This document shows, in pieces, positions 8,744-17,666 of a stretch of DNA of 64,000 nucleotides; position 1 is the stretch's first letter, and every line of letters starts with the position of its first letter. The notes beneath the pieces were generated by a model. It made no database searches and was not told where the DNA came from. It saw nothing but the letters and a program-made list of their open reading frames with translations. The position numbers and the translations under genes were made by a program. Origin of the DNA: Acidobacteriota bacterium (GTDB lineage: Bacteria > Acidobacteriota > Vicinamibacteria > Vicinamibacterales > CAVVIG01); contig JBKPDW010000172.1 of NCBI GenBank assembly GCA_046728115.1, positions 454 to 64,453 of the forward strand, given 5' to 3'.

Positions 8744-10369
8744 CTACTGTTGCAGGGCAAACGCGAAGAGCGCATCGCCGGCGCCGACCACGATGTATTG
8801 ACGGCCGTCGAGCAGGAACGTTTCCGGACCGTTGCTCGTGTTGACGCCTAGTCCGGCGTGCCAGAGCGGCGCGCCGGTGCTCGGATCGTATGCGACGAAG
8901 TTCCCGCCGCCGTCGTTTCCGAACAGCAGCCCGCCGGCCGTACTGAGCAGCCCCATCGCACCACCCGTGCTCCCGGTCGCCGTCGTCGCCAACGGATGCG
9001 ACCAGCGGACGCGGCCAGTCTTATAGTCGACCGCTTTGAGCGCGCTGCCGACATTGCCGACGTTCCGCTCCGCGGCGGCCCATCCCTGTGGCCGTGCGTC
9101 GGTGTCGGTGAGATAGAGAATGCTGAACGTCTGCGCCGTGCCGAAATACAGCAAGCCGGTTTCGGGATTGAAGCTCGGCGGCGGCCAGTTGGTCGCGCCG
9201 CCCGTATTCGGCGACACCAGCGTGCCGGGCACGCTCGCTTCCTTCGCGGGATCCCCAATCGGCTGACCCACGGCGTTGATCGTCTTCGCCCAGTTCGCCG
9301 AGTCGAGGAACTTCGACGTGAGAATGTGCTCACCGTTCGTGCGATCCAGCAGGACGTAATAGCCGTTGCGGTTCGCCTGCGCGACGAGCTTGCGCGGGCG
9401 GCCGTCGATCACACCGTCAATGAGCACCGGCGTCTGCGCCGCATCCCAATCGTGCGTGTCGTGCGGCGTGACCTGGTACCCCCACGCCATCTTGCCGGTG
9501 GTCGGGTTGATGGCGACGATGGAGCAGGTCCAGAGGTTGTCGCCTTTGCGGCTCTGGCCCGCGAGGACCGGATTCGGATTGCCGGTCCCGATGTAATACA
9601 GGTTCAGTTCGGGATCGTAGGTTCCCGGCAGCCACGGCATGCCGCCGCCGTGCGACATCGCGTACTCGTCAGGCCAGGTCTCGGCGCCCGCCTCTCCTGG
9701 CCGCGGCGTCGTGTTCCAGCGCCACACGACGTCTCCGCTCTCGGGATCGCGCGACTCGAGGTACCCCGGGACGTCGAGCGCATCGCCGCTGACGCCGATG
9801 ATCACCTGCTTCCCGATGACGATGGGAGCGTTGGTCGAGAAATACTCGCGCTTCATGCTGGCGATTTCCTTGTGCCAGCGCTCCTTGCCGGTCGCCGCTT
9901 CGAGCGAGACGAAGTAGTTGTCCGGCGTCAGGAAATAGAGCCATTTCTCGTACAGGCCGACGCCGCGGTTGCCGATGTGATCGCCGCCGCGGGTCTTCCA
10001 GAAGTAGTGCCAGATTTCGCGGCCCGTTCGTGCGTCGATTGCCCACACATGATCCGGCACCGAGAGGTACAGCACGCCGTTGACGAGCAATGGCGTCGAC
10101 TTGACGGACGGCGGGGTCGTCACCGCACCGGGCAGCGGACCGGGCCCTTCTCCGCCGGCGATCGCGCCGCTCTGACTGATGTTCAATCGATAGATCCACG
10201 CCAGCGTGAGGCTTTTCACGTTGCCGGCGTTGATCTGCTTCAGCGCGCTGTACCGACGGCCCGAGAAATCGCCGTGATACGTCGGCCAGATGTCGGTGGG
10301 CGTCTGCGCGACGAGCGCCACCGAGATCAACGCGCATGCGGCAGGCACGAGAAGCGCGCGGGTGCTCAT
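8744..10369 (-). CDS. PQQ-dependent beta-propeller dehydrogenase (no vicinal Cys pair), exported
   Basis: Signal peptide MSTRALLVPAACALISVALVAQ. TPHDTHDWDAAQTPVL and NRNGYYVLLDRTNGE are colinear with the propeller of 5789..8167. Confidence 0.85.
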   Translation of the reverse strand: MSTRALLVPAACALISVALVAQTPTDIWPTYHGDFSGRRYSALKQINAGNVKSLTLAWIYRLNISQSGAIAGGEGPGPLPGAVTTPPSVKSTPLLVNGVLYLSVPDHVWAIDARTGREIWHYFWKTRGGDHIGNRGVGLYEKWLYFLTPDNYFVSLEAATGKERWHKEIASMKREYFSTNAPIVIGKQVIIGVSGDALDVPGYLESRDPESGDVVWRWNTTPRPGEAGAETWPDEYAMSHGGGMPWLPGTYDPELNLYYIGTGNPNPVLAGQSRKGDNLWTCSIVAINPTTGKMAWGYQVTPHDTHDWDAAQTPVLIDGVIDGRPRKLVAQANRNGYYVLLDRTNGEHILTSKFLDSANWAKTINAVGQPIGDPAKEASVPGTLVSPNTGGATNWPPPSFNPETGLLYFGTAQTFSILYLTDTDARPQGWAAAERNVGNVGSALKAVDYKTGRVRWSHPLATTATGSTGGAMGLLSTAGGLLFGNDGGGNFVAYDPSTGAPLWHAGLGVNTSNGPETFLLDGRQYIVVGAGDALFAFALQQ

Positions 10370-11223
10370 TTGAGGCTCGCAAGATAGGCCGTCACGTTGT
10401 GCATGTCGGCATCAGTCCACTTCAGGAGTTGATCCATATGCGCCTGCAGAGGATCGCTGACCACTACTCTTGGCGTGTCTCCGTTTCGCAGCCACGACCG
10501 GCGTTCGCCGTTCGTGGCGTCGTAGATGGTCACCTCGAAGTCCGTGAGGCGGACGATCGCGCCCGTCACGCTGCCGCCACCCGGCAGGCTGACGGTAGCT
10601 CTCACCGCGTTCGGATCCTCGTGCGCAGGCGACCCGGAAATGGCGCCGCGCCTCGGATACACGACGCGTCCCTGCAGCGCCACTGCGTCGTATTTCGCGC
10701 CGATGCCTTTGAGGTCGCGGTCCGGCGAATGACAGGTGGCGCATCGGCCGGCGCCGTTGAAGTACGCCTCTCCGGCCTTCGGATCGCCGACGAGGACGTC
10801 GAGGATCTTGTAGAGCCGGCGATTCGCGGCGAGGTAAATCTCCGAGTGCAGAAATGCAGCGAGATCGGCGATCTGAGCCGCGCTCAGATCGAACTTGGGC
10901 ATGCCGCGATCGGGCCGCCCGACGCGCAGAAAATCCCCGAGCTGGACGCCGTTCTCGTCTTCCTGCACGAGCGCAGAGCGCGTTAGATCGGGCCCGCTCG
11001 ATCCGCCGCGCGCGTTCGAGCCGTGACAAAAACCGCATTCCTGTCCGAGCAACTGCTGCCCACGCTCGACGGCCGCCGTGTCGGTCTGCGGGCCGAGGGC
11101 CTGCTGCTGCGCCAGCGAGCCGCCCGGCAAAAAGAAAATCGCGGAGATCACAAGCACGCTCCACAAAGGCACAGCTCTGCTGGCTTCGAGCGCTCCGCAG
11201 TTGTCGCGTTTGTGCATGCGCAA
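10366..11223 (-). CDS. Dihaem c-type cytochrome, partner of the downstream PQQ dehydrogenase
   Basis: CGFCH and CATCH haem sites. The second domain has the same beta-rich insert as the N-terminus of 5789..8167. A 4-nt stop/start overlap (10366-10369) couples it to 8744..10369. Confidence 0.8.
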   Translation of the reverse strand: MRMHKRDNCGALEASRAVPLWSVLVISAIFFLPGGSLAQQQALGPQTDTAAVERGQQLLGQECGFCHGSNARGGSSGPDLTRSALVQEDENGVQLGDFLRVGRPDRGMPKFDLSAAQIADLAAFLHSEIYLAANRRLYKILDVLVGDPKAGEAYFNGAGRCATCHSPDRDLKGIGAKYDAVALQGRVVYPRRGAISGSPAHEDPNAVRATVSLPGGGSVTGAIVRLTDFEVTIYDATNGERRSWLRNGDTPRVVVSDPLQAHMDQLLKWTDADMHNVTAYLASLK

Positions 11224-11264
11224 ACCTTACCGCAAAATGCCGACTTGGCGTACGCTGTGGGACC

Positions 11265-11699
11265 ATGAAGACCCTTCTGTTCGCAGCTCTCACGATCTCG
11301 GTCGCCGTCGTCAGCTCGATCGCGACGCTGGCGGTCCAGAAGCACGTGCAGAAGTCGACCGTTTACGACTGGTCGACGGCTGACACGAAACCGAACGAGT
11401 GGGGCAAAGTGCGTCAGGTGATGCGTACGCCGACGCCAACGCTCGACGAGCTGGAGATTCACATCTCCACGCTCGATCCCGGCAAATCGCCACATGCGCC
11501 GCACCAGCACCAGCACGAGGAGTTGCTGATCGTGAAGGACGGCACCCTGGAGACGTTTCAGAGCGGTGCGACGCGGCGTGTCGGCCCAGGGGGCATCATC
11601 TTTCAGGCGTCCAACGAGCTCCACAACGTGACGAACGTCGGCACGACACCCGCTACGTATTTCGTGATCGGCTGGACCGTTCCCGGGGCGACGAAGTGA
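11265..11699 (+). CDS. Cupin domain protein with N-terminal signal/anchor
   Basis: ORF track gives 10854..11699. I moved the start to ATG 11265 (MKTLLFAALTISVAVVSSIATLA). HAPHQHQHEELLIVKDG...NELHNVTN is a cupin His cluster. Confidence 0.75.
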   Translation: MKTLLFAALTISVAVVSSIATLAVQKHVQKSTVYDWSTADTKPNEWGKVRQVMRTPTPTLDELEIHISTLDPGKSPHAPHQHQHEELLIVKDGTLETFQSGATRRVGPGGIIFQASNELHNVTNVGTTPATYFVIGWTVPGATK

Positions 11700-12616
11700 A
11701 GACGACGCGGCGCGAACTGCTCTCGGCCGCCGCCTTCGCGCCGTTGACGTTTTGGCGCAGCAGCGCCGCTGACTTCGCACCATCGTCGCTTCGGCGCGCC
11801 AAGGCCGGTTCCGCACCGATGGCGTTTTCGCGTGCCCAGGCGGAACGTGTCGTCAAGAACGGCCGCCTGAAACAGTCGGTGTCGCGCTGGCCGTACGCGA
11901 GCATTCCGCTGCCGGAATTCTGCCGCGCCGTCGCCGCAATGGGACTGACGGCAGTGGATCTGCTCGAAGAACCCGAGTGGGCGGTCGCCCGCAACCACGG
12001 CCTGATCTGCTCGATGGGCTATGCGGGAGGCGGCTCCATCCGCGACGGTTTGAACGTAACGGCGAATCACGATGCCATCGCGCGCAACTTCGCTCAGACG
12101 ATCCCGCGGGCCGTGGCGATGCAGGTGCCGAATGTGATCACCTTTTTCGGAAACCGCCGTGGCATGAGCGACGAGACGGCGATTGCAAACTGCGTGGCCG
12201 GGCTGAACCGGGTGAAGACAATCGCGGAAGACCACGGCGTGACGATCTGCGTGGAGCTGCTGAACAGCAAGGTGAATCACCCCGACTACCAGGGCGATCG
12301 CACGGCGTTTGGCGCCGCCGTCGTGAAGGCGGTCGGCTCGCCGCGTGTGAAGCTCCTGTACGACATCTACCACATGCAGATCATGGAAGGCGATCTGATC
12401 AAGACGATCCGCGAGCATCACAACGCCATCGGCCACTATCACACGGGTGGCGTTCCCGGTCGCCACGAGCTCGACGGCACGCAGGAAGTAAACTGGCCAG
12501 CCGTTTGCCGCGCCATCGTGGACACCGGCTTCACCGGCTACCTGGCCCACGAATTCGTGCCGACGCGCGATCCGCTCACGTCGCTGCGCGAGGCGGTTGC
12601 GCTTTGTGATGTTTGA
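11696..12616 (+). CDS. Hydroxypyruvate-isomerase-like TIM-barrel protein, Tat-type leader
   Basis: ORF track gives 11399..12616. I moved the start to GTG 11696, which overlaps the cupin stop (GTGA). TRRELLSAAAFAPL leader. CVELLN..VNHPDYQGD, YDIYHMQIMEGD and GHYHTGG motifs. Confidence 0.8.
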   Translation: MKTTRRELLSAAAFAPLTFWRSSAADFAPSSLRRAKAGSAPMAFSRAQAERVVKNGRLKQSVSRWPYASIPLPEFCRAVAAMGLTAVDLLEEPEWAVARNHGLICSMGYAGGGSIRDGLNVTANHDAIARNFAQTIPRAVAMQVPNVITFFGNRRGMSDETAIANCVAGLNRVKTIAEDHGVTICVELLNSKVNHPDYQGDRTAFGAAVVKAVGSPRVKLLYDIYHMQIMEGDLIKTIREHHNAIGHYHTGGVPGRHELDGTQEVNWPAVCRAIVDTGFTGYLAHEFVPTRDPLTSLREAVALCDV

Positions 12617-12649
12617 AGCTCGAGGTGCTGCGCATGGACCGCCGCGGTA

Positions 12650-13070
12650 CTACGGTGCCGGGTGCCAAAGTGCCAGGGTGCCAACGTGCCAGTGCCAGGT
12701 GCCAAAGTGCCATGTGCCGGTGCCAAAGACCAAAGGTGCGAGGTGCCACGTGCTACGGTGCCAACGTGCCACAGTACCACGTGCCACGGTGCCGGGGTAC
12801 CAGCGTGCGAGGTGACATGTGCCTATGTGCCAGGTGCTAGGCACGTCTCACGTGTGTTGCGAGGTGCCGGGATACGCCGCGGACAACTTGGGACTCTACG
12901 CCGACATCCGTCACGCCGACTTGCACCATGGCATTCGGCACCCTGGCACCTGGCACGTAACCCTGGCACCTGGCACCCGTGCACGCAGCACCTTGGCACG
13001 CAGCACCTAGCACTTTGGCACCGTAGCACCTTGGCACCTAGCACCTGGCACCTCGGTACCACGGTACCTC
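12650..13070. repeat. Large inverted array of short tandem units filling the whole spacer between convergent genes: GTGCCA-type units on the left, TGGCAC-type units on the right
   Basis: Counted by eye. There are 13 exact GTGCCA copies between 12662 and 12832 at 6-9 nt spacing, and 8 exact TGGCAC copies between 12944 and 13051, plus degenerate TAGCAC/CAGCAC/GGTACC units. About 90 bp of non-repeat centre separates the arms. The arms are reverse complements of each other. Confidence 0.9.
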
Positions 13071-13080
13071 TTTCATTCGT

Positions 13081-13854
13081 TTACAACCGCGGTATCGACA
13101 ATCCGCCATCCACGCGGACAATCGTTCCGGTCGCGTACGGTATGTCGCCTCGCAGCAAGACGGCGACGGCGCGGCCGACATCCTCGGGCTGACCCCAGCG
13201 TCTTTCGGGTACAAGACCGTCTGCGATCCGACGGTCGTACGCCTCGCGCACGAGGGTGGTCATGTCGGTGGCGATGATGCCCGGGCGCACCTCGAACACG
13301 GGAATCCCATCGGCGGCGAGCCGCGCCGCAAACAGGCGCGCGGCCATCGAGAGGCCGGCCTTGCTGACGCAGTAGTCCCCGCGATTGGGCGAAGCCATGT
13401 CGGCCGACACCGACGTCACGAACACGATGGCCGCGTCGAACGACGGCTCGGCTCGCCGGCGATCGATCTGATCGCGGGCGATCGCCTGCGTGAGAAAGTA
13501 CGGTCCCTGCAGATTCGTTCGCACCAGCTCTTCGAAGCTCTCTTCGGTCGCGTCGAGGAGATCCAGTCGGGCTCGCGGTGCGCGTCCCGCGTTGTTCACC
13601 AGCGCGTTGGGAACGCCGACCGCTTCGCGCACTGCGGCGAGCACACGACTGCGCGCGTCGCGCTCGGCGAGATCGCCGCGCAGGTAGTGCACGTCCACGC
13701 CGAGGGCGCGCAGCTCGTCGAGGACCGAAGACACCTCTGGTTCCGGTCGCGTGCCGCCGAGCGCCAGCGTCCACCCTTCGCCGGCCAGCACGCGCGCGAT
13801 CCCCAGGCCGATGCCCCGCGTTCCGCCGGTGATGAGCACGCTTCGCTTCGTCAT
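13081..13854 (-). CDS. Short-chain dehydrogenase/reductase (SDR)
   Basis: ORF track gives 13081..14337. I moved the start to ATG 13854, a 4-nt ATGA overlap with the stop of 13851..15233. ITGGTRGIGLGIA, NNAG and the catalytic YCVSK motif. Confidence 0.85.
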   Translation of the reverse strand: MTKRSVLITGGTRGIGLGIARVLAGEGWTLALGGTRPEPEVSSVLDELRALGVDVHYLRGDLAERDARSRVLAAVREAVGVPNALVNNAGRAPRARLDLLDATEESFEELVRTNLQGPYFLTQAIARDQIDRRRAEPSFDAAIVFVTSVSADMASPNRGDYCVSKAGLSMAARLFAARLAADGIPVFEVRPGIIATDMTTLVREAYDRRIADGLVPERRWGQPEDVGRAVAVLLRGDIPYATGTIVRVDGGLSIPRL

Positions 13855-15233
13855 GCGGGCGGTCCGAAGAAGGTGAGGTACGGTCCGCCTTCGGCGAGCC
13901 GTTTCACGTAGAGCGCGGCTTCGCGCGCGTGATAGTCGCCCCACTGGCTCGATTCGTTGCGTGGGATCGGCGATCCGGACGGCACATGATCCCAGCCGTT
14001 CGGGCGGTGATAGACCGAGTGCAGCACCAGTCCCTGATGGCGATCGTCGGTGGCGAGGTATGGTTCGGCGAGAAGCGTGTCGAGGACGTGAAGTCCCGAC
14101 TGCACGTACCGATCGCCGTTGGCGGCGTCGCCGCGCCGCGTCAGCACTGCGCCCAACCGCAGCAACCCCTGGGCTGCAATCGCCGCGGCCGAACTGTCCA
14201 CGGGTTCGAAGTCGTTGAACGGGTCGGCGGCGCGTTCGCCCCACCCGCTCATGTTCCCCAGACCGGGCGCGCCGGCGTCCCAGTACGGGATGCCATCCGC
14301 CGCCGCGACATCGATGTAGTGATCGCACGTTGCACATGCGGCTTCGAGGAGCATCGCATCGACATCGGCGCGTCCGCCGCAGGACACCAGCGCTTCGTCA
14401 GCGCACTTTTCGACGAACTCGATCTCCTCCGCGAAGCCGAGCATCGCCCACGCCAGGCCGCGCGTCCACGTCGTGAAGGGCGAGTAGCCCTGCTGTGTGC
14501 TCGGCCCGCGGTACGTTCCGTTCTCTACATTGAACAGGCTCTCGTGGGCGACACGGCCGCGAACATCGAACCGATCGCGACCCGTGCCGAAGTACACGTT
14601 GTACTTCGCCGTCGCGCGCGCATGCTGCACCAGGCGCTCGAGCAGATCGATTCGCACGTCCTGCTCTTCCATGAGGGTCTGACCGAGAAGGTGAGACAAC
14701 GCCAGCGACCGGAGCGAACGAATCGTGTCGACGAACAGCGAGTGCGCGCCGTTGAAGGAGTAGATGAATCCGCCGTCGGGCAACTGCGTCCAGCGGGCAG
14801 CCTGCACCGCTCCGCTGACCTTCAGAGCGAGCTCATAGAATCGTTGCTCCCACGCGTTCGCGTCGATGCGACCTTCGCGCGCCAGGCGCCAGAGAGCGCC
14901 GTACGTGCTGACGATATTGAACCCGTGGTCGTGGACGCCGACGTGCGTGAGGTGCGGCGACATGCGCTCGAGCGTGCGCATGCGGCCAAGCTCGAGAAAT
15001 GCCGCATCTGCCGTCGCGTCGTACTGCAGCAACGCGGACCCGAATTGAAATCCCTGGGTCCACTCCGTCCAGCCCCGCGTGCGATAGCGTCCCTCGAACG
15101 TGAACACCGGTGCGCCGTCCGCTGGCCGCCACGTAGCCTCGATCGATCGAATCTTGCGAGCCGACAGGTCGAACAGGCGCGCAATCTTGGGCACGAGATC
15201 GCGCGGCGAGAGGCGGCGATCGAGACGGATCAT
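13851..15233 (-). CDS. Glycoside hydrolase, GH88/GH105-like (unsaturated uronyl hydrolase-like)
   Basis: 460 aa. WTEWTQGFQFGSALL and HVGVHDHGFN resemble the (alpha/alpha)6 unsaturated glucuronyl hydrolase signature. Context of kdgK/kduD and tight coupling to the SDR support this. The family call is moderate. Confidence 0.55.
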   Translation of the reverse strand: MIRLDRRLSPRDLVPKIARLFDLSARKIRSIEATWRPADGAPVFTFEGRYRTRGWTEWTQGFQFGSALLQYDATADAAFLELGRMRTLERMSPHLTHVGVHDHGFNIVSTYGALWRLAREGRIDANAWEQRFYELALKVSGAVQAARWTQLPDGGFIYSFNGAHSLFVDTIRSLRSLALSHLLGQTLMEEQDVRIDLLERLVQHARATAKYNVYFGTGRDRFDVRGRVAHESLFNVENGTYRGPSTQQGYSPFTTWTRGLAWAMLGFAEEIEFVEKCADEALVSCGGRADVDAMLLEAACATCDHYIDVAAADGIPYWDAGAPGLGNMSGWGERAADPFNDFEPVDSSAAAIAAQGLLRLGAVLTRRGDAANGDRYVQSGLHVLDTLLAEPYLATDDRHQGLVLHSVYHRPNGWDHVPSGSPIPRNESSQWGDYHAREAALYVKRLAEGGPYLTFFGPPA

Positions 15234-15263
15234 CGGTTCAAGACGTCTATGCCTTCAGCACGG

Positions 15264-16361
15264 TCACCGCGACACACGCGCGGTCCCGCCCTTCATGGCC
15301 CGCTCGACATCGGCCAGCGTCGCCATGCTCGTGTCGCCTGGCGTCGTCATCGCCAGCGCGCCGTGCGCGGCGCCGCAATCGACGGCCCATTGTGCGCCGC
15401 GGTTCGTCAACAGACCGTAGATCAGGCCGGACGCAAAGGAGTCGCCGCCGCCGATGCGATCCAGAATCTCGAGGTTCGGCCGCGGCGTCGCCTCGAAGAA
15501 TTCGCCGTCGTACCAGCAGATCGCCGACCAGTCGTTGACGCTCGCCGTTTTCGCGTGCCGCAGCGTGATCGCGACCGCACGCAGGTTGGCGAACTCGCGG
15601 ACCACCTGCAGGATCATCGACTTGAAATGATCGGGGTTCAGCTCCGCGAACTGGCTCGAGACGCCTTTCACCGCAAATCCGAGCGCCGTGGAAAAATCCT
15701 CCTCGTTTCCGATGAGCACGTCGACGAGCGGGACGAGGCTGCGATTGACCGTGATCGCCCGCTCGTGTCCGCCCACCGCGCGCCAGAGCGACTCGCGATA
15801 GTTCAGATCGAACGACACAATCGCGCCGTGGCCGCGCGCCGCTTCCATCGCCTCCCGCGCCACGGCCGGCGTCGTGTCCGACAACGCACAGAAGATCCCA
15901 CCGGTGTGAAACCAGCGTGCGCCCTCGCGGTCGAAAATCGGCGACCACTCGATGTCGCCCGCCTCGAGCTGCGAGACGGCCGTGTGCCCGCGATCCGAAC
16001 AGCCGACACCGCCGCGGATCCCAAAGCCCCGCTCGACGAAGTTCAGGCCGTTGCGGCTGTCCCGTCCCACGCCGTCGTACGGCACCCAACGGATGTGCGA
16101 TTGATCGACGCCGCCCTGGTAAATCAGATCCTGGACGAGCCGGCCTACCGGATTGTCGGCGAACGCCGTCACGAGCGCGGTGTCCAAACCAAAACACCGT
16201 TTCAGTCCGCGCGCGACGTTGTATTCGCCGCCCCCTTCCCAGACGCGGAACTCACGCGTCGTATGAATGCGCACCTCGCCGGGATCCAGACGCAGCATGA
16301 CCTCGCCGAGCGCAACGAGATCCCAACGACGCCCCTCTTTGGCGGGAACCCGTAAGATCAT
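15264..16361 (-). CDS. kdgK: PfkB-family sugar kinase, 2-dehydro-3-deoxygluconokinase-like
   Basis: LVALGEVMLRLDPG, WEGGGEYNVARGL and the C-terminal DRIGGGDSFASGLIYG motif. Adjacent to kduD. Confidence 0.75.
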   Translation of the reverse strand: MILRVPAKEGRRWDLVALGEVMLRLDPGEVRIHTTREFRVWEGGGEYNVARGLKRCFGLDTALVTAFADNPVGRLVQDLIYQGGVDQSHIRWVPYDGVGRDSRNGLNFVERGFGIRGGVGCSDRGHTAVSQLEAGDIEWSPIFDREGARWFHTGGIFCALSDTTPAVAREAMEAARGHGAIVSFDLNYRESLWRAVGGHERAITVNRSLVPLVDVLIGNEEDFSTALGFAVKGVSSQFAELNPDHFKSMILQVVREFANLRAVAITLRHAKTASVNDWSAICWYDGEFFEATPRPNLEILDRIGGGDSFASGLIYGLLTNRGAQWAVDCGAAHGALAMTTPGDTSMATLADVERAMKGGTARVSR

Positions 16362-16390
16362 CGCGCCTCTGCCCTCAGCCCCCTTACTAC

Positions 16391-16436
16391 CTTTGAGCTT
16401 TCAACTTTTAACTTCCAACTTTTGACTTTCAACTTT
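16391..16436. repeat. AT-rich tandem repeat (three 13-15 nt units, core TTYCAACTTT) in the kduD-kdgK intercistronic spacer
   Basis: The plus strand reads ctttgagctttcaactttt aacttccaactttt gactttcaacttt. On the minus-strand mRNA this is AAAGUUGRAAGU repeated three times, directly after the kduD stop (16435-16437) and about 30-75 nt before the kdgK ATG (16361). Confidence 0.7.
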
Positions 16437-17214
16437 ACCTACCCAGCCATCCGCCATCGACCGCCAGCACATGGCCGTGCACATACCGGGCGGCTGGCGA
16501 GGCGAGAAACACGACGGCACCGGCGATGTCGGCGGGCTGTCCCCAGCGGCCGGCCGGAATGCGATCGAGAATCTGACGGCTTCGCACAGGATCGTTGCGC
16601 AGGGCTTCTGTGTTGTCCGTGTCCATGTAGCCCGGCGCGATGGCGTTCACGTTGATCCCCTTCGGCGCCCATTCATTCGCCAGCGCCTTCGTCAGCTGAG
16701 CGAGCCCACCCTTCGCCGCCGCGTACGCGGGCACGAGGATGCCGCCCTGAAAGGCCAGCAGCGAGGTGATATTGATGATGCGGCCGCCCGTGCCCGCGGC
16801 AATCATATGCCGCGCAGCGGCCTGCGCGAGCCGGAACGCGCTGGTGAGATCGACCTCGAGCAGGAGGTCCCAGTCCTCGTCGGTATAGTCCAGGGCCGGG
16901 GCGCGCCGGATGACGCCGGCATTGTTGACCAGAATGTCGATGCGTCCGAGTGCTGCCACCGTGTCGGCCACGAGGCGCGCGGAGACGCCACGATCCGTCA
17001 GATCGCCGCTGACGGCCGCGCCGCGCCGGCCGAGGCTCTCGATGCGGCGGCAGGTGTCCGACGACGAGCGCGTGTTGCCATGGACGGCAACGTCCGCGCC
17101 GGCTTCGGCCAGTGCAATCGCCATGGCCGCACCGAGCCCGGCAGACGCGCCAGTGACGAGCGCGACCGATCCGTCCAGGTGGAAGGCGTCGAGCGCGCCA
17201 CCCGACACAGTCAT
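16435..17214 (-). CDS. kduD: SDR, 2-deoxy-D-gluconate 3-dehydrogenase-like
   Basis: ORF track gives 16435..17595. I moved the start to ATG 17214, a 4-nt ATGA overlap with the cupin stop. VTGASAGLGAAMAIALAEAGA, NNAG and YAAAKGG motifs. Confidence 0.7.
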   Translation of the reverse strand: MTVSGGALDAFHLDGSVALVTGASAGLGAAMAIALAEAGADVAVHGNTRSSSDTCRRIESLGRRGAAVSGDLTDRGVSARLVADTVAALGRIDILVNNAGVIRRAPALDYTDEDWDLLLEVDLTSAFRLAQAAARHMIAAGTGGRIINITSLLAFQGGILVPAYAAAKGGLAQLTKALANEWAPKGINVNAIAPGYMDTDNTEALRNDPVRSRQILDRIPAGRWGQPADIAGAVVFLASPAARYVHGHVLAVDGGWLGR

Positions 17215-17528
17215 CGCGGCAGAAACTCTTCGCGGATCGGCGTGAAGATGTCGATTAACACCACTTCCTCGTCGAGCATCGTCGCACCGTGTGGCACGTT
17301 GGCGGGGAAATGCAGCACGTCGCCCGGCACAGCCACGCGCGCCATCTCGCCAATGGTAAAACGCGCGCGTCCGCGCTCGACGATCGTCATCTGCTCGTGT
17401 GGATGCGAGTGCACCGGCGTGTCGACATGCGGCTGGAGTGTCAACCGGCACATCATCAGCTTTTCGCCGACAATCATCTGGCGGTCGATACCAGGCGCAA
17501 TCTGCTTGGCGGGCACGTCGTTCCACAT
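17211..17528 (-). CDS. Small single-domain cupin, KdgF-like (candidate unsaturated-uronate linearising enzyme)
   Basis: 105 aa. VHSHPHEQMTIVERG ... FPANVPHGA is a cupin His motif. Its size and its position translationally coupled to kduD match what is known of KdgF. Confidence 0.55.
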   Translation of the reverse strand: MWNDVPAKQIAPGIDRQMIVGEKLMMCRLTLQPHVDTPVHSHPHEQMTIVERGRARFTIGEMARVAVPGDVLHFPANVPHGATMLDEEVVLIDIFTPIREEFLPR

Positions 17529-17666
17529 TATCTAGTGACCTCTGTTCGTAGTTCGCGACGTCTTCGAACTGCGCGTCCACGAATGACGAAACCACGAGAC
17601 TGAGTCAGGTTTCCTGGTGTCGTGGCTGACCCACCAGCTCGAAGTGATCCGACGCACCCAACTCCA

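Noticed and set aside
12944-13051. The TGGCAC units as a cluster of sigma-54 -24 elements, and the array as a CRISPR.
   Set aside because: None of the TGGCAC copies is followed by TTGC or GC at the required 5-nt spacing. The units are 6-9 nt with no unique spacers, so the array is not CRISPR-like.
12597-13062. Small ORFs across the GTGCCA/TGGCAC array (for example 12613..12840, 12662..13192, 12823..13062), encoding Cys/Gln/Pro/Gly/Ala repeats.
   Set aside because: They are translation artefacts of a 6-9-nt tandem repeat. Equivalent ORFs appear in several frames on both strands.
13929-16355. Very long plus-strand ORFs antisense to annotated genes: 13929..16355 (808 aa), 20371..22932 (853 aa), 37551..40271 (906 aa), 41942..43960, 44617..45975, 49262..51592 and 60837..62708, plus many Arg/Ala/Pro-rich ORFs in alternative frames such as 42600..44363.
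   Set aside because: These are typical shadow ORFs of high-GC DNA. Their products are Arg/Ala/Gly/Pro-rich with no recognisable motifs. In every case the opposite strand or another frame encodes a protein with clear family signatures.
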